From the NCBI RefSeq assembly GCF_964204645.1, contig NW_027437436.1, positions 115,001-179,000 of the forward strand: DNA of 64,000 bases. Reading direction: 5' to 3'. Shown in pieces: positions 11,106 to 24,342 of the stretch. How positions within the stretch are numbered: the first letter of the stretch is position 1; the number at the start of each line of letters is the position of its first letter. Position numbers and translations under genes: made by a program. Origin of the DNA: Tubulanus polymorphus (taxonomy: Eukaryota; Animalia; Nemertea). The notes under the pieces are model-generated. The model was not told the origin of the DNA. It did not search any database and worked only from the letters and a program-made list of their open reading frames with translations.

Positions 11106-13107
11106 AACTGGCACTATGCAACAGTCTTAGGGAATAGTTGCGACGAAAACGAAAATGCAAAAATAGTTGCTTTTTCTAATATCGGCTTTTATTCGTGGAA
11201 AATGCTACTTATGCCTGGCTCGGCACTTAGGAGAAACCTAAGTGATATTAGTATCACCAGCAGATGCGATAAAAGAAATCATTATCAGTGATGAACATAA
11301 TTAGTATTCCAGAGCAGGAATTGAAGGAATGAAATTGAAGGAAAGTTTATGGGCTCTTGGAACGTAGCTGATCGTGGTTGTTTAGTGGTAAATAAAGCAC
11401 AGTCCTACCAACGAATCGATGATTATGAGAAATGTCTGATTTCCCGGAGCGAGGAAATAAGACAAAAATTTCTACAGGCAGCCGTTCTTCCGTTTTTACT
11501 ATGTTCTATGTAAGCTTACAGTCATCGAAAATGGCCAAAACAAAACAATTAGTTAAACAATGAAGGTTGAATAAACTTTTCATAGAAAAGGTGTAAAGCC
11601 CTTTCCATTAATTTGGATAACAGATTAATACGTCAATAAATGCGATAAATTTGAGACTGATTCAACTAGATGATTATTTGCTATTCACCGGTTCTCTAAC
11701 GCGAGACGATCTTGTTCGTTTACCGGGGCTGTTCCATATTAACAGCTACAGCATAATGCCGCTTGGACGATCGAAAGTATAAACACGACTAGTGCGACTA
11801 GAACGTTGTGGAAATGTAAATCATTGTATAAGGTATGAAATCACCATTATGGCGATTTGATGGTTTGATACCTGATACAATACTTTTCCCAAGCTGACAC
11901 AAAATAAACGTTTAAATTACGTTTTCGAAAGATTGCCTTTGAAACGATGTTTTTTGGTTTTTTCAAAATATTTTATAGAAATTCAATAAACGTTTTAGTT
12001 CTAAGTCTTTCAGGAACGTTTTCACAAACACAGAGAAAACGGATCATTTTTCTACGTACGTGCGCAGTTTCGCAGGTAAGTGTCAACAAATGCAGGATTT
12101 TGGAAAGTAATTAATTTTTTACCAGCAAATCCATCCTTGATTTTTAGGTACAAACTGAATCGATTTGGGTTTACTAAGAGCTGTAGGAATTGACGGCGTC
12201 TGAAGCAGAAATTATATCTATTGCTAGTCTCCGATACATGTAAACCCTGTAAAAAATGGAAAATTCTATGATTATAGTAGAGACCCCACAGTTTATACTC
12301 GGAGTGAAGTAAATTACTAAGCTGTCTGTCATCAATGTTGTGTCCAAATTTCATGGAAATCAGCTGAAAATTAATGACTAATGAATGTATATGATTAGTC
12401 TTCATTATTTAATCATAGTTCAATTTCTACAGAAAATGATCTCTAGCTTCAGATTTTTATTCTAATTATGACCAGAACCATTGAAACCGAACTTGATTTG
12501 AACACTTTTGTGTAATTGTCAAATTTGACTGTGGGTGACGTGCAGCTAAAGTGTCGTGAGCGAAATGTAAATAAACATAATACATAAGATAATGTAGCTA
12601 GTCGGACGGCCTGTCTCTGGTGTTTGCCGGCCGGTTAACTAGCCTCAGTACTCCTCGACCTTTACGTCATTATCAATAAACGACCGTATCATCATCTCTG
12701 ATATAAATTGAAAACGACTGTTTTATGACTGAACGGGCGTTGCTATTTTTGTCGTACAGATCCTGGGTTCCCAAGACTTACGGGTTTTGGATTGTTCTTT
12801 CAATGCTAGCAGTTGTAAAATGAACTTTATCTTTGATGAATTCTGGTCACCGCAGGACTCGGTATCACTATTTTCATTAAAAATCCGGGCTCAAGTCCAA
12901 AATTAGTGGTAATTAAATCTTAAGGGCGGTATTTCGTTATACGATTTATTAGCCATATAAGGAGACGGTATGTGACTAGTATTGTAGCTCGGCGTAGATT
13001 CACCATGTGTGACTACCAGCGGTACAGTCGCACACCATCGCTGGCAAATGCGTTGTAAGCGTTGTAAGTCTAACTTCGCCCTCTTTGATATGCAACTAAC
13101 CATGTTT

Positions 13108-13704
13108 CTAACCCCAACGCCCTTCCGTCGTTGCGTGGCGATAGTTCGGACCCAAGATACATTTCAAATAAGCGACGACCGAGGTCATAGTTCTGTTACG
13201 ACGGGGATAGCGGCAGTTTGACCTGGCGGTCAATGGAGGAAAGATCGCTTTCTCGCCGAGCGGGAACCAGCGTCGTTTCGGGTCGTCGGATTTTTGCGGC
13301 CGGACGACGCATAGTTTCAGCAGTTCGGTTTTAAATTTCGATATCAATTTTCTCAGCAGACACGTGACGTAGCGGTGTGGGTTGGCGGTCGAGCGGCACA
13401 AGAAAGATGTGAAACCGGCAGGTTGGAGGCCTCGTCCCCAGCGGCCGCCTGAATCTCCCTCCAAGTAATCAGTGATGCATGATTTCACTTCTTCCAAATC
13501 GTCATTGCCTGCCCCATCTGGAATCGGGCACCTGAATGTCATGGCTAATTGGTACCAACTTGTTATAACGATGGACCTAAGCACGTTTTTCTTCAAGGTC
13601 GTTCGGCCTGTTTTTTTGTTGAACCGACAGCCGGAAATCCCGTCTCCAGTGGCGACTCCTAGTGCCACAAATACAAGCAACAACGGTAACCCGGAAGCGA
13701 ACAT
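13108..13704 (-). CDS. 198-aa secreted, basic, 8-Cys precursor-like protein with two GRW-G motifs; unknown family
   Basis: Uninterrupted ORF, more GC-rich than its flanks. ATG at 13704 lies just after a splice acceptor (ttttctaacacttcAG, exon start 13725). Signal peptide MFASGLPLLLVFVALGVATG; internal GGRWGR and KRR; C-terminus EGRWG*. Confidence 0.8.
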   Translation of the reverse strand: MFASGLPLLLVFVALGVATGDGISGCRFNKKTGRTTLKKNVLRSIVITSWYQLAMTFRCPIPDGAGNDDLEEVKSCITDYLEGDSGGRWGRGLQPAGFTSFLCRSTANPHRYVTCLLRKLISKFKTELLKLCVVRPQKSDDPKRRWFPLGEKAIFPPLTARSNCRYPRRNRTMTSVVAYLKCILGPNYRHATTEGRWG

Positions 13705-16439
13705 TGCATTCGTCACTTAATTTACCTGAAGTGTTAGAAAATGGAAAATCAAAATCATTGCTGTGCGTCATTATCAAGACAAAATTGTTTATGTCTCAAG
13801 ATAAGCTATCGAATAAAAATTGAACACAGCCTCCACTGTAGTAAACAACCGACATGAGCTTAGAATTAATATTGGTGACTAAGGTTCATGTTGATTGAAG
13901 TTTAGTTGGTCTTGCGCTATCGGGTGGGTTAACGAAATGCACTATAGACTTGGTCGAAAGTTATTGCATTGGTTATTGAATTCAATTTGTTCATCCTCCA
14001 TGTAGACATTCAAACCTGATGGCATCGCTAGACTTAGCCACGACACGGAACCCTGGTTACATGTACAGGTTTGCCGCGTGAAAACCTGCTGCACCAGATA
14101 GCCCGTTGCATAATTGCTGGGGCAAATTTCAAAGATAAAATATATCTGGTAAAACCTGGGCTAAAATAAAAGTAATAATAATTTCTGATTGGCTATTAAC
14201 AACCTCACCTAATTTTCACACTTGGGCTAGTCAGGCAGGGTTCCGTGGCGTGCGAGTCTCGATACGATCGGGTTCAAATCCCAACCTGGAATAAGAAGTT
14301 CTCATACTGGATAGAACCATCCAAGAGCTTAAGTACCCACCATAATTTGCTCGCTTTGTTTTACGGCTTATATGATCTCATAATTGATTAATCAACTTGA
14401 TGTTGATGAATACGGTAATTCAATCAATCGATTGGCTGAAAATTCGGGATTCGACCCCTGCACTCACACTCACACGGCGTTTGAAGTATTGTATATAGTA
14501 TTCAAAAAAGGCCTCGTTGAAATCTGTTATAATGACGCACAACTTTTTTGCATTTTGTATTCATTATCGTCTGTTGATTCAGGTTTTAACCTTGATTATC
14601 AGTCATGTACCCGATAACTTTTACAGAGAAATTAAATTTAGTGTCCAATCTATATGAAAACAATCATCATCATAGTATGGATATAAACCACGTTCAAATA
14701 AGATGTTTGCCGTTGGGAATCTCCTAACATTGATCAGTACTTGATTGGCACTTCCTGCGAAGATACCCCTTGACACACTACGACCTCAATCAGATTGAAG
14801 GTATACAATTTTGATATTAGAGGGCTGCCTCACGGTAGCACCCTAACCTAACGCTGTATACCTTTGAAATTAGATAGTAGCTTCAAGAAATCCCACGTAG
14901 GCTTAAGCTTCGAAAGCTTTTAGCTTTGCAAAATTTGGTTGCCTCCAGTTATAAAAAGATACCGAGAGGTATATAATAACTAGCACTTCAACTAAAGATG
15001 GTTTAAAGCATGTGTACATACCTGCTAGAATTTCAATCCAAGTTTGAATTAAAACGTGTCAATCAGTGAATAACCCAAATCGTCGCATATCGATCCAGTA
15101 GTTCCCTATTCATCGGTTATAATGCGCAGAGTCGAAACATCAGACCGCATAATTAGTCGAAATAAGTGTTCGAAATAAGTTTATCAAATACGATCGATTA
15201 TCTTCGAAGAGGCAAATTTTATATCTGAACTGTGGTACTAGGTCTAGCACGTCTCTAGAGTCAGGATGAATCCATTCACAATAGTTTTCCAGTTGTCCGC
15301 GACCCGGACCAACACCACGAAAGAGCGGTCGTTTGATATTTACTTGTCTTATCTATAGCCAGGTGATATTAAACTCTGCGATGACCGTAGGATGAAATAA
15401 TAATATTTGCTCTCGCGCTTTAGTAACCGGCGGGGGTTGATAATACTAGATAAACAAATGATTATTTACTCCAACTGCCAATTTCAACACCTGATAAATT
15501 CACCGTGAATGGTGGCACTCTTCGCCGTGAAAGGCTGGCTAAAGTTGGGCTGCGATGCATATTGACGCAACTGAGAGGGAAATGTCGATTGCTAATTGAA
15601 CCGGACTAGCAAGATATATAGACCGGCCGCTGGCTCGATTTTATTCAAGCGAAAGGGTACACAATTTTCACTGCAACCAGCACAGCACGGTGATTAAAGA
15701 TTGGATTTGCTGCCGAAAGTCTTTCTTTGCATTTGGGTTCTGGGGGCTTAAAATGGACTCCTAAAATTGGATTATGATATGAGATCACGTCAATTGCTTG
15801 TTAGCCTCAGTAACGATCACTCGCACCTGGATCGGCTCTGGCGGCCATGTGATAAAGACGATGAAAATAATTCAAATTTGAGAATAAATTCCACTTAGAA
15901 AATAAATTCCAATTTGTTTTTTAAAGCGACATATCGCGACATCTTATATGGAGGGCGGTTCACGTCATAAACCTACTAATTTTGATTCGTTTTCTACTGT
16001 ACATTCATCTGCCATGCTGAAGGTTCGGTTTGAATTTGAATCTATAGGCGAATTTGAATTTGAAATTCTATTACTGGGCCTGATAACGATAATTAGCGGT
16101 CACAATATATACTACTACTCGATATACGCGGTCTCTGTACTAATCACGCGGCCTCATAATCGAGCCTATGCTCGCTATTGAACTGATCGAAGTTGACGTG
16201 AAACGATTCTAGAAATTAGCCCCGACTTTGATTCAGTTGTTTTTGCACTGGGGAAGTGTTGTCTCTACGTCGATAAATCCCTGTGGAGCTCCTCGGGAGG
16301 ATTGAAATAACAAACAAATGCATGCATACCGTCATTTCGTATATTCGACAGATGACTATGACTTAGCATCAAAATGACAAACCGTAATGACGAAATTGGC
16401 CGAGTCAAGTATAGAAATAATAATGATTATGATAGTAAT

Positions 16440-17220
16440 ATTCATTTCATCATCAGCTAAAAGGAATACAAAATTTCAAAAGGTATACATGAAACGTACA
16501 GAGTTAATAGATTGATAGGCCTGAACAGAGTCTTACAGGCTTTACAATCGCTAGGACGTTCAACCCCATTGAAAAATAAAGTTTAATGATATAAAGTTAG
16601 TAGGTCGGAATAATGTGAAACCAAAATCATAACAATCTTTATTTCTTTCGACGTTGGTCTGTGTGACCTGGCTCGTGATGACGTCATGCGATTTTCGATG
16701 GGAGTAATAAAAAGCATATATGCGTATAATAGAATATTATTACAAATAACTGTAATCAAGGACAACCGGAGGGTAAATGAAAATGAAAAATGGTTTTTAC
16801 TATCATTGAGAAAATAAACGAAAAACGAATAGAAAAGTTTCCTATGCTGGAATGAATGTCATTGTAATGGATATTTAGTAAATGTTTGCTTTTTGAAACC
16901 AGCGGATTTGATATCGTGCATTTGAGTCTGTCAGATGGCGGTTTCCACAGGAAATGAATGCAGTGTATATGAGATTTGTGTGATTGTATTCTGGGAACGT
17001 TCCGTGATCTAGTATCGTATTGATAATCAAGTCGATTCATAAACGGCTGTAGAAGAGCATTATTGATTAACTCCGTGAACGAGTTTTTTGAAAGTTTCAA
17101 GTTAATCATGTTTTCGAATTTTAGTATATATTATATTTCCGAATAATGGGAGATGTAGGTATATTAGATTTAGCACCAGCTAATGCTCGTACGGCTGTCT
17201 TTTGTAATTAGTTAAACGTC
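16440..17220 (-). mobile_element. Decayed LINE (CR1/L2-like) 3' fragment
   Basis: ..QKTAVRALA..F.NMINLK..YQYDTRSR..LWK resembles an ORF2 C-terminus, followed by an AT-rich 3' UTR-like tail. Confidence 0.65.
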
Positions 17221-18029
17221 TTAAATCTTTTTTTTTAATATTATGTAATAGATGGAATCTAAGTGACGGACACCTCGTAACCATTCATTTAATTTCATCA
17301 TATACCCGGCAATTCATATCAAGATGAAATGATAATTTTCAAGGAGGCACCGTTGACTACTGTGAATAAAAATTACTCCATGGGATATATAATGAACACC
17401 TGAAGATTTGCTATATTATGAATAAAAAGAAAATTTCTCAGGAAAATCACTAAAAGAAAATAAGGAAATAATCCCGCGCAGAATAATAAATGTACACCGT
17501 TGACTACATGGGTCCAGTTTTACAGAGGAGGATAAGAAATAATGATCTCATCCAAATTCATTTGTAAAAATAGCGACCGTTTACTACTACCCTGATAGCA
17601 TGTTCTCATTCTCATTTCCTCCAGTGTTTATGTCAGTTTGATGTTAATGAATTGGATTTTAAATCAATCAATAAAGAAATTAAATATATGTTAAATGGGA
17701 AACTTCTTTGTGAAAAAAAACTGAGCCAGTAGGTTTATTCCAAGACAAATGCAGAAGAAAGCGATTTGAGCCTTGATTGCAAATGTTAATTCACCTAAAG
17801 ACAGATAAATTCAATTTTCTGTGAGGAGAAAATAAAAGGCGCAACAAATAACGTACCCGGTATTACAAATGTACACAGAATATTAATTTCTGTTGGAAAG
17901 TACCCAATAATTTGGCAAAAGAAAAATGTTATAATAAAATAAATCGGTTGAAAACAAATTTTTTCTTATGCTTCGGGCCGGGTCATGATTTTCATGAAGA
18001 ACCAAAAATCTTTTTCTCTGGATATCGCA

Positions 18030-18256
18030 CCAAAAATATGCGGTGCACGTGCCCAGTCGTACCAGCTTCCTTATTTTGTGAAAGGGGTTGTTTCCGCGCT
18101 TCTCTGCGAGACTCGGGTCCGCGGTGCTGCGAGTTTTTCGGTTCAGGTCCAGTATAGCGTGGAATAGTTCCCCGCTCAAGGATACATTTTCGGAGTATTT
18201 CGGCCGCGCATTCAGTTTTCTACCAACATACCTACAAACCGACCTACCGACAAACC
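18030..18256 (+). repeat. Dispersed repeat (Helentron-like), related copy at 21650-22135
   Basis: Shared blocks gtgcacgtg.ccag..gtacc..ttccttattt and ggttca.gtccagta..tagcgtggaatagtt.cccgc, both ending in an accgac/acaa microsatellite. Confidence 0.6.
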
Positions 18257-20944
18257 CGTGCGTGGATTACCCCTATATAAAGTGGCTAGGATCGAGGGGC
18301 TGCGTGTGTGCGTGGATTACCCTTATAGAATGTAAAATATTCAACTACTCAATCAAAATGGAAAAATCACAGTTGTGATGAATTCTAGAATCACCCACCC
18401 CGCCCAGTTGCGGTAGTCAATTTCAACCAAATGCTGCTGTTTTTCCCTTTTAAAAGTGACGTAATACTTCTTCCGGTACATCCCCCCACGAAGTCTCAAA
18501 CCGGACGTACTCTGACGTCATTTTTCTGACTTAGTCAGTTAGTCAGATTCGGTTAAGACACTTTCTAGAATCCACATTTACGCGTTTATCAAAGGGACGT
18601 CTAACGGGCGCCTTTGGCACCCGTCGTCCGTCTAATATGAAAAAGATGCCTCGTCACAGCTTGATTAAATTTTTCAAATAGTAATTAAGAATCCGATTCG
18701 AAAACAACTTCATTCACGTACCGGTACGGAGTGTAACGGAAAACACTCGAAATATTGTCAGTGAACAAGCGACACAGAGCATTATATCGCTGAAGAAATC
18801 AAATCGATTCTTTGTTAAAACTTGGAAAAATGAAGACTTATGGCAGAGTTTAGTGGTGGGGGAGGGGGGGGTGGATAGAAGATGAAACTGCAACTCGAAG
18901 GTTTGACTCATTACTGTATATGGTCTTATATGGCTTATAATTTGATTAGAAAATTATGACAAATAGATCAAATGAATTTCAATTTTTTGCGAGAAAAGAA
19001 CTTGACCTATTCTTAACTAAATATAAACATTGGTCTTTGGCTACCCGAGGTCTGTTTACCACATCTGCTAAAAAGATGTGCGGCTACAACTGCCCATGTA
19101 GTATATCAATGCACAGAAGCAAAGCAATTATATTCACGTATACAATCTTTCAACGCATACTTACGCACCTATAAATATCACTCAAGACATAATATGGCTT
19201 ACACAGGAAAAGCAATAGAAAGAGATTTCTTCAAACGCAAACTCACAATTTTTTATTTCTCGCACAATCCATTTTGTACAAAAATCATAGCAATCTAGAA
19301 CAAGGCTCTGGCCGCATTAACACTATAATTTAGTTCAAAAACTCACTAATAGATCGCCTAAACCAAGAAATCATGCTTCAACAAAACCTTCATATTTGGA
19401 GTCTTAACAATATACTTATACATCCGGATACAAGCGGACTGAATTCAGTATACAGATTCACAATCGACACCATTAGCGTAGTTTATTAATTAAACCCAAC
19501 GCCATACACCTACATACCCGACTTACACACTTGAGGTATGTTCTGATTTAGATCGAACCGGGATGACGGTCTATCAATACGCATAGAACTGTCTGACCAC
19601 ATTTGTTTTATATCACCACATACGTATTAGTTTACTGTTTCTGATGTTTTGACTGCAAACTCAGTCTCATTGCCGCGATAGCTGGAAAGCTGCCTCCTTT
19701 TTTGGCTTCAGGATAGCAAGCTCAGTCTATCTGCGCGGAATGATGACTGGAAAGTTGCCTCTTGACGTCGTCTCATCAAAAACTACCAAAAACATAATTG
19801 TGACTGTAAATAAAACCCGATCAAGACTGTATATACGTTAGTGTACAAATATGTATTCAATATTCACGTGCCTGTGCCGCTTTCTTACTGACGGTCTATC
19901 AATGCGCATAGTACTGTCCCTTCGATTGCGAAGCACCCACAGACCTTACCGTGCACTGTATATCAGAAACACAAAACTGCTCTCCGTGTAAAAACTTTTA
20001 ATTTTAGGCAAACTCAGCACCAGATGTGAAGAACCGATCGCGCACCCCTTGATAGAGAAATCCATCCTCATCGGAGCTGCACCGTCGATGTCATAAACTA
20101 CACTTCGGTTACCCAAGGACCATATTCTCATCTGGAAAATTTGAGTTTTGAAATGTGCTTCCTTTCTATCTAGTCAACACGCTGGACAATCCACTTAGAG
20201 GACTTTCTATATCAACATCTACCAGAAAAAAAACTAAATCATCGGACTATTTACACGTAGAAAACGACCAAAAAAATATAAAAATGGAATGATCTTCAAC
20301 CTTGTAGGATAACTATTTCCAAAATTTTGATGTATTAAATTAGGCAGCCAGAATAATTCACCCCAATCAGTCGCTTGCCGGTTCAGACTGGTTGGAAGAT
20401 TGTTTGAATAAACCGGAACCCAATTTCCCAATCATGTACTTCGATTTAAACCAAAAAAAAAATTTGTAAACTCGACCGCCGATCACACAACTATATCTGT
20501 ACTTCGATTTCAATATCAAACCCCCTGTTTCGCTCCCGGCAGGTGTGGTGGGTCTGTAAGGAACACTCAATCAGAAAATCATACGAAATTTACCAACCAC
20601 GTAAATAACAGGGACAATCCCTATTCTAAGATAAAAAAAAGAAAAAAAAGATTACTATTTCGATTTAGATTAGTGTATCAGGAATTTTTCGATGGTTTAA
20701 ACCACGTTGCAAAACCATAATGTGAAAACCGACATTTCTATGGTGAAACTGAGACGGTTTTTGCAAGAGTAAAGAATTTTGACCTGGTGTTGATTTATTA
20801 GAAATTAGCTCCATTTGAAAATAAAAGGAATACGATAAGATTACTACGAATTTCTAATTACGGCACCTAAAGAGGATAATGGAAGACGCGTTGATACGAA
20901 TCTACCGGAAAAAAAACCGAATTAAGTTATCTGCAGGAAAATTC

Positions 20945-21536
20945 GGCTCAAGTATAAAATAAGGAAAAGTAGTCCAATGGTTTCTTTACCTAATGTATCA
21001 ATACGCACAATGCTGATCAATCTTAACATTACCAATCTTAACGTTCCCGACATACCGACAATCTGACATACCGGCACTCCCGACATACCGACAATCCCGA
21101 CATACTGGCACTCCCGACCATTCCAGTCATTATTTAACCAGGTCAGTTGTTTTGAGAATATTTATTTGTAAGGCTGGGGCGTTCAGTTCCTAATAATCGC
21201 CTGTAGAGAAATTCCGGGATTTTGGGGTGTTTGGTTCCTAATAATCCCCTGTAGAGAGGTGGATTGTCGGGTATGTCGGATTGCCGGTATGTCGGGATTG
21301 TCGGATCGCCGGTATATCGGAATGTCGGGTATGTCGGATTTCCGGTATATCGGAATGTCGGGATTTTTGGATTGCTGGTATGTCGGGGTGCCGGAATGTC
21401 GGGATTTCCGATTTTATAATTCAAATACAGAATTATTAACCGAATCACTCATTCATTTTATCTTAACTCTATCTGTGCTAACTGTGACCGGGCTTCCGCA
21501 ATGAGGGACTATATTACCATATTTTATACTTGATCC
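20945..21536. mobile_element. Merlin-type MITE with 8-bp TSD
   Basis: TIRs ggctcaagtataaaata / tattttatacttgatcc; TSD GAAAATTC at 20937-20944 and 21537-21544; internal inverted arrays of ccgacatac/gtatgtcgg units. Confidence 0.8.
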
Positions 21537-22138
21537 GAAAATTCAATGTAAATGCAAAAATGTCAACGCAAAATTTATTTCACTTGCGAAAAATATCTAT
21601 TTGTTTCTAATCCTCCGGGAATATCGAGTACCGGGAAACTACGGCTCACAATAAGCAGTGCACGTGGCCAGCGGTACCGAATTCCTTATTTGGCGAAAGA
21701 AGGGGCGGAGACTAAGGTTTTTGCAGACCGCGATGTTGCTGCTGCTCGAGCGAGATGTAGTGTGCCGATCGGCCGCGCTGCCGTGAAACTTTAAGCAAAT
21801 CGTACGACTCTAACTCGACACTCATCGCAGGTATAAAGTCATTACATTAGACAAATAATTTCGTATTTCAGTGCTGCGGCTGAAGTTGACTGCTGCACGC
21901 GCGCGCGAGAGCGTAATTCTCCAGGATTCGAACCCATGCGCGATGCTGAACCGGATGCGTTTGTTATTATGAATTTGCTTCCGTTGCTAAGGGAATTTCA
22001 GTTATTTTCAACTCGTTCCTACCGGTTCAAGTCCAGTAAATAGCGTGGAATAGTTTCCCGCAAAGATAATTTTTTTGAAAAGGAGTAATTCGGCTGCGCA
22101 CTCGGCTGCGTTTTCCACCGACAAACCGACGAACTCAT

Positions 22139-22405
22139 AGTCCCTCGATCCAGCCAAGGATAATCCACAGAAACCACTTTGTATAAAGGTAATCCACGCA
22201 CAACACAGCCCCTTGATCTCAGCCACTATAATTAAGGGTAATCCACGCACTTACCCAGTCCCTCGATCCCGGCCACTTTACATAAGGGTAATCAGCGCAA
22301 ACACCCAGCTCCTCGAACACAGCCACTTTATGTTCGGGTATTCCACGCAAACACACAGACCCTCGATCCCAGCCACTTTATATCAGGGTAATCCACGTAC
22401 ACGCC
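22139..22405 (+). repeat. ~48-bp tandem array (cctcgatcccagccactttatataagggtaatccacgca); inverted partial copy at 18257-18330
   Basis: About six degenerate units visible directly. Confidence 0.8.
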
Positions 22406-22409
22406 CAAA

Positions 22410-22590
22410 TCTAAATCTTCGGAATTGTCGAGAAGTAAAACAGGTCGACAATTATAAATCGTCGCTATTGTCGACAAGTTAAATATAGGTCGGCAATTTT
22501 AAATTGTCTGAATTGTCGACAAGTAAAATAGGTCGGCAATTCTAAATCGTTGGAATTGTCGACGAGTAAATTAAAAACAGGTCGGCTACC
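22410..22590 (+). repeat. ~40-bp tandem array (aaatcgtcggaattgtcgacaagtaaaataggtcggcaatt)
   Basis: Four to five degenerate units. Confidence 0.8.
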
Positions 22591-22763
22591 TGGCTTATTG
22601 ATTTATCCTACTCGCGAAATAATGCGTGCTGTGTACTCAGCCACAATATTCCTCATACCTGTGATTTTTGACGCCGAATATTGAAAAAAAATTCAATTGA
22701 TAATTTGAAACACCATAATGACGTAGACGCGCACAGGAGTGTTGAATAATGAATATTTGCTAT

Positions 22764-23121
22764 CATAGAACTATAAGCGAACGGGAAGGCCGATTCATCA
22801 AAAATCCGCAAGGCACAGCGGCTAGTAATCATGTGTTTTGTTCAGCGCCCTCACCGGTGGCGATAAACAATACTTTTTGTAGACTGGTTGACGGTCTCTA
22901 TTCCTAATTAAGCGTTTTTCATCGATTTTGTTTAATTCTTAATACCAAATCTTGAAAAACGGCAATGTTCAATGCTCGCAGTGATTAATATAATCGAAAA
23001 TATTTCCGACAACCTTGTTTATCGCCACCGGTGAGGGCGCTGATCAATTTCGAAGATAGCAAAGGCAAATGTATAGTGTGACGTCACGGAGTTGGCCTTC
23101 CCTTTCGCTTATAGTTCCATG
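22764..23121. mobile_element. P-element-type MITE
   Basis: CAT...ATG termini; TIR catagaactataagcgaa.gggaaggcc; 7-bp TSD TTGCTAT (22757-22763, 23122-23128); perfect internal 28-bp inverted repeat 22843-22870 / 23015-23042. Confidence 0.8.
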
Positions 23122-23255
23122 TTGCTATAAATGAATGTATATAATGTATAAATAGAAGATAATAATTGTAACCGGTTTTACGGCGTCAAAAACTACTGTA
23201 TTTATTGACGAATTTTGTGGGTTCACGTGTGATCTCTCTCCCCCTTGATGACCTA

Positions 23256-24342
23256 CTACACACAAGTGACACTCGGTAGATGCTCATTCACAATAATCAC
23301 TACCGTGAAATCTTGCCCCGAGCGAAAAGCGGGTTCCCGTGGTAGATCATTAGTCGACTGAGTAGCGGGTTCCTGGGATAGATCTTCGGCCGACCGGATA
23401 GTGGATTCCCGTGTTAGACCTTTAGTCGACCGAGTGGTCGGTTCTCGGGGTAGATCTTCACCTGACCGATTAGCGGATCCGCGGGCATCAAAATGGCGGT
23501 TACAACACATTATGAAAAATGCACAATGGCAACTTTACATTGTTGTTAAACCGTCCATTCGTGGCGCTCATGAAGTACATGTTTATTACATTGTTCAGCG
23601 ACGTAAAACTGGAAAGAATGTTATAGATGAGTAGAAGTTTATCGTCCGCGTAGAATTCGGGGTTGGAGGAATTCCCCGGGTTAACGGCTGACCTACGGCG
23701 ACGTACCGCGCGCAGAATCAACGAATTGGGCACGATGATGATGGCGGAGGGTAAAACGAAATACAACATCATGTCCACAACTAAGAACGATTCGTAAGGC
23801 GGGCTAAAAACGGCAGCGGTTGGCAAATTCCATCTACGACGTCAAAGCCGATTATCAGCAGGGAATAGAACAGCGATAAGACAACGATTTGAACTACGAT
23901 AACGGCGTGCCAGAACTTCTTTCGTCTGAGCTCTACCGAAATGCGCGGGTTATATCTCGCCCGAGCCATGTTTAACGCCCGTTCAACGCACAGGTCGCAC
24001 GTGATCCAAGTCGAAATGGTTAATTAGTAAACATCGACTGAAATGGACGGTTCGGCAGAATAGCGCGCTGCGGTTCTGTAAGTTATGCACTGTCGAGTCG
24101 GCTAAATTCACCGGCAAGTACGAAAAAAGCAAACACATCTGATCGCTGATGCACAGCAGCAGAAACATCAAATAAACGGTGAACTTTCGGTACGTTTTCG
24201 ACTTCAGCACAACGATAGCGATGACGTTTCCGAAAGAACCGATTGGTAAAATCGTACACAGCCCCACAATCGCGGAAATACGTTGCGCCAGAAGCCAATT
24301 CGAATTCGACTCGGAGTTCGTACCATTATTTTCAGCGTACAT
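23256..24342 (-). pseudogene. Class A GPCR pseudogene, paralogue of 31746-32987
   Basis: Same N-terminus MYAENNGTNSES. Split over four ORFs by frameshifts near 24020 and 23530 and a deletion of about 100 bp removing ICL3-TM6. Confidence 0.92.

Noticed and set aside
18900-20700. Possible decayed retroelement with 30-bp direct repeats at 19564 and 19889
   Set aside because: No protein motif or terminal structure could be supported.
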